Source: Elusimicrobiota bacterium
Lineage (GTDB): Bacteria; Elusimicrobiota; Elusimicrobia; Elusimicrobiales; UBA9959
DNA length: 24,961 bases
NCBI GenBank assembly: GCA_027340875.1
Contig: DAIENX010000071.1
Span: 1 to 24,961, forward strand
Direction of reading: 5' to 3'
This document shows, piece by piece, positions 18,650-24,961 of the stretch (position 1 is its first letter; each line of letters begins with the position of its first letter). The translations under genes and the position numbers were made by a program. The notes under the pieces are model-generated. The model saw nothing but the letters and a program-made list of their open reading frames with translations. It ran no database searches and was not told where the DNA came from.

Positions 18650-19942
18650 ATGACGCAACTCGAAGCCGCCCGCAAGGGCAAACTGACGCCTGAAGTAGTT
18701 ACCGCCGCAGCCCGCGAGAAGGCCGAGCCCGGCCTCCTGCTCAGGGAGACAGCGGCCGGCCGCGCCGTGGTCCCCGCCAACGTGAACCACAGGAACCTGT
18801 TCCCCGCCGCCATCGGCCGGGCGTTCAACTGCAAGATCAACGTCAACCTCGGCACCTCGGACGGCCGCTCCGGCCTGAAAGAGGAGCTGAAGAAGCTGGA
18901 GCTGGCCCGCCGGCTCGGCGCCGACGCCGTGATGGACCTGTCCACCGGCGGCGACCTGCCCGGCATACGGAAGGAGATCCTGGACCACAGCCCGATGCCC
19001 GTGGGCACCGTGCCGGTGTACGAGGCTATCAAGCGCGCAGGCGGCGTTAAGGGCCTTACTCCCGCTCTGCTGCTGGAGGTCATAGAAGAGCAGGCCGAGG
19101 CAGGCGTGGACTTCATGACCGTGCACGCCGGTCTTCTGCGCGAACATCTCCGGCTGGTGAAAGGGCGCACCACCGGCATAGTATCCCGCGGCGGAGCGGC
19201 ACTCGCCCGCTGGATGGAACTGCACCGGGCGGAGAATCCCTTCTACGAGCTCTTCGACGACATCTGCGCGATATTCCGGAAATACGACGTAACGTTCAGC
19301 CTGGGCGACGGCCTGCGGCCCGGCTCGCTCGCGGACGCCTGCGACGCGGCCCAGTTCGCCGAGCTGGAGACGCTGGGCGGGCTGGTGGAACGCTCGCGCG
19401 CGGCCGGCGTGCAGGTGATGGTGGAAGGCCCCGGCCACGTGCCGCTGGACAAGGTGGCGATGAACATGCGGAAGGCGGAGAAGGTCTGCCACGGGGCGCC
19501 CTTCTACGTGCTGGGGCCGCTCGTCACGGACATCGCCGCGGGCTACGACCATATAAACGCGGCCATAGGAGGGGCGCTCTCGGCCTGGAACGGCGCCTCC
19601 TTCCTCTGCTACGTCACCCCCAAGGAGCATCTCGGCCTGCCGGAACTCGAGGACGTGCGCCAGGGTATCGCAGCCTCGAAGATAGCGGCCCACGCGGCCG
19701 ACATAGCGCTGGGCCGGCCCGGCGCTGCGGAGCGGGACCTGGACATGTCCCGCGCGCGCTACGCCTTCGACTGGGAGAAGCAGTTCTCGCTAGCGCTCGA
19801 CACGGACCGGGCGCGCTGCTGGCACCAGGGCGACGTGAAGAAGAAGTACTGCGGCATGTGCGGACCGGATTTCTGCTCCATGCGCGCCTCGCGCAGGCTC
19901 GGGAAGGGGGCGAAGAAGCGCCTCGTCGGGGCCGCGGCATGA
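18650..19942 (+). CDS. thiC: Phosphomethylpyrimidine synthase
   Basis: KINVNLGTS, MDLSTGG, GTVPVY, VSRGG, SLGDGLRPG, EGPGH, GYDH, CYVTPKEHL and C-terminal CGMCGxxxC. Confidence 0.97.
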   Translation: MTQLEAARKGKLTPEVVTAAAREKAEPGLLLRETAAGRAVVPANVNHRNLFPAAIGRAFNCKINVNLGTSDGRSGLKEELKKLELARRLGADAVMDLSTGGDLPGIRKEILDHSPMPVGTVPVYEAIKRAGGVKGLTPALLLEVIEEQAEAGVDFMTVHAGLLREHLRLVKGRTTGIVSRGGAALARWMELHRAENPFYELFDDICAIFRKYDVTFSLGDGLRPGSLADACDAAQFAELETLGGLVERSRAAGVQVMVEGPGHVPLDKVAMNMRKAEKVCHGAPFYVLGPLVTDIAAGYDHINAAIGGALSAWNGASFLCYVTPKEHLGLPELEDVRQGIAASKIAAHAADIALGRPGAAERDLDMSRARYAFDWEKQFSLALDTDRARCWHQGDVKKKYCGMCGPDFCSMRASRRLGKGAKKRLVGAAA

Positions 19943-20727
19943 AGGCCCGCGCTCTTACCATAGCCGGCTCGGACCCCGGCGGCGGGGCCGGGATACAGGC
20001 GGACCTCAAGACCTTCGCCGCGGCGGGGGTGTACGGGCTGTCGGCGATAACCTCGGTGACGGTACAGGACACCCGCAGGTTCTCCGGCGCTCTGCACGTG
20101 CCGCCGGAGGTGGTGGCGCGGCAGGCGGAGGCCGCGCTGGACGACATCGGGGCCGACGCGGCGAAGACCGGCATGCTGGTCTCGGCGCCGGTGGTGAAGG
20201 CCGTCGCCTCCGTCCTGCGCGCGCACCGCGTGAAGAAGCTGGTAGTCGACCCCGTACTGGCCTCCAAGAGCGGCAGGCCGTTGCTGGAGCCGCGCGCCGT
20301 GAACGCGCTAATCAAAGACCTGCTGCCGCTGGCGCTGGTGGTCACTCCCAACGCGCCGGAGGCCGAGGCCATTACCGGAATAAAGGTAACGGACGCGGAC
20401 AGCGCGTGCCGGGCCGCGAAGGCCGTCCGGGAGATGGGACCCGCCTTCGTGCTGATCAAGGGCGGCCACCTGGACGGCCCTTCCTGCGAGGACCTGCTTT
20501 TCGACGGGAAGGCTTTCACGGTCTTCCTCTCGGCGCGCGTTAAGACCGCGCATACGCACGGCACCGGCTGCACGCTGTCGGCGGCCATAGCCGCCGGGCT
20601 CGCGCTCGGCCTGGACGTGTCGCGCGCGGTTAGCCGCGCCAAGCGCTACGTGGACGGCGCGATAAAGCACGCGCCGGGGCTGGGCTCGGGCGCCGGACCG
20701 CTGGAACATTTCTGGGAGAAGCCATGA
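19939..20727 (+). CDS. thiD: Hydroxymethylpyrimidine/phosphomethylpyrimidine kinase
   Basis: TIAGSDPGGGAGIQADLKT, KTGML, VDPV, TPN, KGGH, HGTGCTLS; ATGA overlap with thiC fixes the start. Confidence 0.96.
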   Translation: MKARALTIAGSDPGGGAGIQADLKTFAAAGVYGLSAITSVTVQDTRRFSGALHVPPEVVARQAEAALDDIGADAAKTGMLVSAPVVKAVASVLRAHRVKKLVVDPVLASKSGRPLLEPRAVNALIKDLLPLALVVTPNAPEAEAITGIKVTDADSACRAAKAVREMGPAFVLIKGGHLDGPSCEDLLFDGKAFTVFLSARVKTAHTHGTGCTLSAAIAAGLALGLDVSRAVSRAKRYVDGAIKHAPGLGSGAGPLEHFWEKP

Positions 20728-20924
20728 AGATAAGACTGAACGGGAAAGAGGCAGAAATAGGCACGGGCCTCACCGTGGACGCTTTGCTCGCGGGCATGGC
20801 CGTAGTGCCTAAAGCCGCGCTGGTGGAGCTGAACCTCAAGGTTCTCCGCAGGGAGAGCTGGCAGAAGACCGCGCTGAAGGAAGGCGACGCGGTGGAAGTT
20901 TTCTCTTTCGTCACCGGAGGCTGA
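20724..20924 (+). CDS. thiS: Sulfur carrier protein ThiS
   Basis: 66 aa, NG start motif, [16 protein letters not shown] with C-terminal GG. Confidence 0.95.
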   Translation: MKIRLNGKEAEIGTGLTVDALLAGMAVVPKAALVELNLKVLRRESWQKTALKEGDAVEVFSFVTGG

Positions 20925-20925
20925 T

Positions 20926-21693
20926 ATGGAAGACACTTTCAAGATAGCGGGCAGGACCGTGCGCAGCCGCTTCATGCTGGGCACCGGCAAGTTCCACTCC
21001 GACGAGTGCATGACGGAGGCCATCAGGGCCTCCGGCGCGCATATCGTCACCGTGGCGCTGCGCCGCGTGGACACCGGCGCGGGCGGCGGCAACATACTTA
21101 ACAATATCCCCCCCGGCCGCATCGTCATGACCAACACCTCCGGCGCGCGCAACTCCGCGGAGGCCGTGCGCATAGCGCGGCTTTCCCGCGCCGCAGGCGC
21201 CGGGAACTGGACAAAGATAGAGGCCATACCGGACAACAAGCATCTCCTGCCGGACAACTACGAGACCATAAAGGCCACCGAGGTATTGGCGAAGGAAGGC
21301 TTCATCGTGATGCCTTACTTCAACCCTGACCTGGCCGACGCCCGCCGCCTGCGGGACGCGGGCGCCGCCTCCCTCATGCCGCTCGGCGCGCCGATAGGCA
21401 CCAACAAGGGGGTCACCACGCGCGAGCTGATAAAGATACTCGTCGCCGAGGTGAACCTGCCCGTGGTCGTGGATGCGGGCCTTGGCAAGCCCTCCCACGC
21501 GGCCGAGGCCATGGAGCTGGGCGCTGCGGCGGTGCTCGTTAACACGGCGGTGGCCGCGGCGGGTGACCCGGTGCGCATGGCGGAAGCTTTCGCCTTGGCC
21601 GTTAAGGCCGGGCGCAAGGCCTATCTAGCCGGCACCGGGGCGGTAAGGGAACTGGCCGCGGCCAGCAGCCCGCTGACTGGCTTCCTCAGATGA
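20926..21693 (+). CDS. thiG: Thiazole synthase
   Basis: GTGKF, VTVALRR, NTSGA, KIE (Schiff-base Lys), [24 protein letters not shown]. Confidence 0.97.
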   Translation: MEDTFKIAGRTVRSRFMLGTGKFHSDECMTEAIRASGAHIVTVALRRVDTGAGGGNILNNIPPGRIVMTNTSGARNSAEAVRIARLSRAAGAGNWTKIEAIPDNKHLLPDNYETIKATEVLAKEGFIVMPYFNPDLADARRLRDAGAASLMPLGAPIGTNKGVTTRELIKILVAEVNLPVVVDAGLGKPSHAAEAMELGAAAVLVNTAVAAAGDPVRMAEAFALAVKAGRKAYLAGTGAVRELAAASSPLTGFLR

Positions 21694-22790
21694 GCTTCTT
21701 CGACAGGCTCGAAGCCGCAAGACCGAAGGCGGCCGCCCTGATAAAAAGCGCGGACGAGGGCGCGGTCCTGCGGGCTCTAGGCGAAGAGCGCACGTCCGAA
21801 GCCGGCTTCGCAGCATTGCTCTCCCCAGCCGCCGTGCCGCTGCTGGAAGATATCGCGCGCCGGGCGAACGCGCTGACCGTACAGAATTTCGGTCGCACGG
21901 TATCCCTATACGCCCCGCTCTACCTCGGCAACTACTGCGACAACGAATGCCTCTACTGCGGCTTCAGGCGTTCAAGCTCCATAAAGCGCGGCAAGCTGTC
22001 CTACGAAGAGGCCGAGACCGAAGCCCGCGCGCTGGCCGCCTCCGGCATCCGCCACGCGCTGCTGCTCACGGGCGAGTCGCGCGTACAGACCCCGGTGGAG
22101 TACATAGGCGCCTGCGCGGCGCTGCTGAAGGGACTTTTCGGTTCGCTGTCGGTGGAGATATATCCTCTTGAGACGGCCGAGTACGCGCGGCTGGTGGAAG
22201 CCGGTGCCGACGGGCTCACCCTCTATCAGGAAACCTATGATGAGGAACTATACGCCCGCCTGCACCGCGCCGGCCCCAAGCGCGACTTCCGCTACAGGCT
22301 GGACGCTCCCGAGCGGGCGTGTCTTGCCGGTATGCGCGCGGTCGGCGTAGGAGCGCTGCTGGGCCTCTCCGACTTCAGGCTGGATGTCTTCTGCGCCGGC
22401 CTGCACGCGGCCTGGCTGCAGGACAATTACCCGGCCGCGGAGATCAGCGTCTCGCTGCCGCGCTTCCGCCCGCAGGGCGTGGGTTACAGATCCGGCGGCC
22501 GCGTCAGCGACAGGGACCTGGTACAGGCCATGACGGCGCTGCGCCTCTTCCTGCCGCGCGCGGGCATCACCATCTCCACCCGCGAGCCTGCGGAGCTGCG
22601 TCGCCATCTGATAGGCCTCGGCGTCACGCGCATGTCCGCGGGCTCGCGTACCGGCGTGGGCGGCTACGCAAAGACGCAGAAGAGCGGGGAGCAGTTCGCC
22701 ATAGCCGACGGCAGCGGCGTGGAGGACGTTAAGGAGATGATACGTAGCCGCGGCTGTCACCCGGTGATGAAGGACTGGCAGGCTTTATAG
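21690..22790 (+). CDS. thiH: 2-iminoacetate synthase (radical SAM tyrosine lyase)
   Basis: [39 protein letters not shown]...GGY, QF, KDW. Confidence 0.96.
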   Translation: MSFFDRLEAARPKAAALIKSADEGAVLRALGEERTSEAGFAALLSPAAVPLLEDIARRANALTVQNFGRTVSLYAPLYLGNYCDNECLYCGFRRSSSIKRGKLSYEEAETEARALAASGIRHALLLTGESRVQTPVEYIGACAALLKGLFGSLSVEIYPLETAEYARLVEAGADGLTLYQETYDEELYARLHRAGPKRDFRYRLDAPERACLAGMRAVGVGALLGLSDFRLDVFCAGLHAAWLQDNYPAAEISVSLPRFRPQGVGYRSGGRVSDRDLVQAMTALRLFLPRAGITISTREPAELRRHLIGLGVTRMSAGSRTGVGGYAKTQKSGEQFAIADGSGVEDVKEMIRSRGCHPVMKDWQAL

Positions 22791-22798
22791 GAGAGAAT

Positions 22799-23455
22799 AT
22801 GGCTAAGCTTAATTTAGACGGGCAGCTCTACTGCCTCACCAGCGAGGAACATTCCAACGGCCGCACGGTCATGGAGACCGCGGAGGCCATGCTGGCCGGC
22901 GGCGTTAAGATACTGCAGTACCGCGAGAAGAACAAGCACAAGCGCGCCAAGCACGAGGAATGCCTGGTGCTGCGGCGGCTGACGAAGGAACGCGGCTGCC
23001 TGTTCATAGTGAACGACGACATCGATATAGCGCTGGCAGTGAAGGCGGACGGCGTCCACCTGGGACAGGACGATATCCCTCTCAAGGCCGCCCGCGAGCT
23101 GACGGGGCCTAAGATGAGCATCGGCATATCCACGCACAACCCGGCACAGGCCAGAGCGGCCGTGCAGGGAAGTGCTGACTACATTGGCGTGGGACCCATC
23201 TACGCTACGAAGACCAAGAAGGACGTCTGCCCCGCGGTTGGTCTGGAATACCTGGACTACGCGGTGAAGAACGTCAGTATACCTTTTGTCGCGATAGGCG
23301 GGATAAAGCTGAACACTATGCCGGAGGTGCTGGCGCGCGGCGCGCGGTGCGTGGCGATGGTGACGGAGATAACCGGAGCCAAGGATATAACCGCCGCTGT
23401 CCGCGAGGCGGCCGGGCTGCTGCGATTCAGTCGGCGAAGTGCGCGGCGCGGTTGA
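22799..23455 (+). CDS. thiE: Thiamine-phosphate synthase
   Basis: QYREK, IVNDD, GVHLGQDD, GISTH, DYIGVGPIYATKTK, AIGGI; RBS AGGAG. Confidence 0.96.
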   Translation: MAKLNLDGQLYCLTSEEHSNGRTVMETAEAMLAGGVKILQYREKNKHKRAKHEECLVLRRLTKERGCLFIVNDDIDIALAVKADGVHLGQDDIPLKAARELTGPKMSIGISTHNPAQARAAVQGSADYIGVGPIYATKTKKDVCPAVGLEYLDYAVKNVSIPFVAIGGIKLNTMPEVLARGARCVAMVTEITGAKDITAAVREAAGLLRFSRRSARRG

Positions 23456-24473
23456 TAGGGCCGGCGGCGAAGGCGGTCAGGAGGGCTATGGCCCAGGGGT
23501 TACCGGCCACGGCGGCCTTGGCCACTTTCAACACGGGTATCGGCGCCAGAGCCAGCATGGTGACGCCGCAGTGGAAAACGAGCTTGATAGAATCCGCGGC
23601 GATCACCCCGCGGTCCTGGCCGCTGCCGATGTCCCAGCGCAGGTTGGCGCCGGCCCTCTCCACGGCCGGGAGGTTGCTGTAGAACAGCAGCGCGCCGAAC
23701 ACGGCGCCGGCCGCGGCCTTGCCGAAGGCCTTGGACTTTTCGGTGCCCTTCAGGTTCCCGGCGCGCAAGGCCTTCCAGTTCTCGCGGCGCATCTTCGCCC
23801 AGAAATCCACGGCCTGATTGACGCGGCCGTAGCCCACCTCAGGCGGCCGCTGGACGGCGCCGGATGCGCGGAAATGCTCCGTCACCGCGGGGACGCGCGA
23901 GGCCAGCGGACGGGAAGAGGATTTCTGCGCAGCCGCAAGCTTTGACGGCGCGGTACCGCCGGCGACTACGGGGACGGCAACCGCCCCGCGCGAGGAGGAA
24001 CCGTCGAAGAACCGGGCCGAGCCTTCGGCCGTGGCCAGGTCCCCGGACAAAGCCGAGCTCCGTATATTTTCCAGCCTGCCGGCGGCCGCGGCGGCGGTCT
24101 TGCCGGGCTTGGCGGCGGCTTTCAGGTATTCACAGCCGCCCTCGGCGAGATAGCGTATTTCGGAGGCGAACTCCGGGGCAAGGTATTTGGCGGCGGTCGT
24201 GGCGTCCGCGGGCTTAAGGCCGCAGTTCCTGTAGCGGACCAGCAGTTCAGAGACCTTGGTCTTCTTCTCCGCCAGCTTCGCGGCGGCATCTGGGCCGCGT
24301 TCCGCTGCCACGGCGCCCAGGAATTCCGGCGTCATGGCCTTCGGCAGGGTCAGAGCCTGCCTGGCGGACCAGGGAGCGGCGGCCTCCGGGTAACCCGGCT
24401 GCACGGCGTAAAGCCGCGGCGCGCAGATCAGCGCCAGCGAAGTTAGCAGCAGGGTTTTCCTTAGGGAGTTCAT
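23427..24473 (-). CDS. Secreted hypothetical protein with hydrophobic C-terminal helices
   Basis: Signal peptide MNSLRKTLLLTSLALICAPRLYA, host-like codon usage, a -10-like TACACT just upstream; overlaps the thiE 3' end by 29 nt. Confidence 0.75.
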   Translation of the reverse strand: MNSLRKTLLLTSLALICAPRLYAVQPGYPEAAAPWSARQALTLPKAMTPEFLGAVAAERGPDAAAKLAEKKTKVSELLVRYRNCGLKPADATTAAKYLAPEFASEIRYLAEGGCEYLKAAAKPGKTAAAAAGRLENIRSSALSGDLATAEGSARFFDGSSSRGAVAVPVVAGGTAPSKLAAAQKSSSRPLASRVPAVTEHFRASGAVQRPPEVGYGRVNQAVDFWAKMRRENWKALRAGNLKGTEKSKAFGKAAAGAVFGALLFYSNLPAVERAGANLRWDIGSGQDRGVIAADSIKLVFHCGVTMLALAPIPVLKVAKAAVAGNPWAIALLTAFAAGPINRAAHFAD

Positions 24474-24536
24474 TCGCGAATATAGTGTAGCTCCGGGCGG
24501 CGCGTCCCGGGAGCGTCCAAATGCCTACCCTGGCGC

Positions 24537-24569
24537 AAAAAAAGGGCCTATCCTCGGATAGGCCCTTTC
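24537..24569 (-). terminator. Intrinsic terminator of the PorV/PorQ-like gene
   Basis: AAAAGGGCCTATCC-TC-GGATAGGCCCTTTT inverted repeat with a seven-T tail on the minus strand. Confidence 0.9.
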
Positions 24570-24609
24570 TCTTCAGATAAGGAGCTTTACAGTTGCCGCC
24601 GACAAGGAT

Positions 24610-24961
24610 TCAGAACTTCTTCTTGAGCGTTATGCGCTGGGTACCGCCAAGGTCCCCCTGCGGGGACATCGCGTAGTCCAGGTCCATGTTCAGCAGGCGC
24701 ACGCCCGCGCCCGCCGTGAAAGCCCCGGCCGCGTTCCGGCCGGCCGCCCCCGCACCGTTTATTCCCCCGCGCAGGCAAAGCCCGGACGCGCTCTCCGGCC
24801 CGCCGAACAGCGCGTACTCGGTACCCAGACTGAACGTGGTGGTCCTGTCATAGACGTAGTTCTTGGCGTCCAGGTTCAGCGTGAAGCCCTGCAAAGGCAT
24901 GAACATGATCCCGGCACTGACGCTCAACGGCAGTTTCTCCCTCTGGGAGATATACCTTATC
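24610..24961 (-). CDS. C-terminal part of a PorV/PorQ-family (UPF0164-like) outer-membrane beta-barrel; truncated by the window edge
   Basis: Frame is open to the window end (IRYISQREKLPLSVSAG...); GTEY, LRGG, FTAGAG and LDYAMSPQGDLGGTQRITL motifs with terminal Phe (beta-signal). Confidence 0.8.
   Translation of the reverse strand, partial: IRYISQREKLPLSVSAGIMFMPLQGFTLNLDAKNYVYDRTTTFSLGTEYALFGGPESASGLCLRGGINGAGAAGRNAAGAFTAGAGVRLLNMDLDYAMSPQGDLGGTQRITLKKKF

Overview
High-GC bacterial window with dense coding and no CRISPR array, tRNA, rRNA or transposase detected. Frequent ATA (Ile) and AGG (Arg) codons despite the high GC, many signal-peptide hypothetical proteins and a PorV/PorQ-like beta-barrel are suggestive of Elusimicrobiota; this is inference, not a database result. 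Order of contents: (1) a ~250-nt rod-like structured non-coding element ending at a bidirectional terminator; (2) a minus-strand pair encoding a 1154-aa secreted NHL-propeller/FN3/transglutaminase-like/TPR protein and a small secreted TPR-like partner; (3) sdhCAB and class I fumarate hydratase; (4) archease-rtcB; (5) a GT4 glycosyltransferase; (6) DUF4239-like and EamA membrane proteins; (7) a metallophosphoesterase; (8) two adjacent secreted proteins with circularly permuted papain-like catalytic motifs; (9) a TPP riboswitch leading thiC-D-S-G-H-E, with no thiF; (10) a secreted hypothetical protein with hydrophobic C-terminal helices; (11) the 3' end of a PorV/PorQ-family gene. Best leads for something new: the NHL/transglutaminase module with its structured leader, the tandem permuted-papain enzymes, the 6S-like/REP-like element at 10-258, the divergent archease motif, and the apparently dual-mode TPP expression platform.
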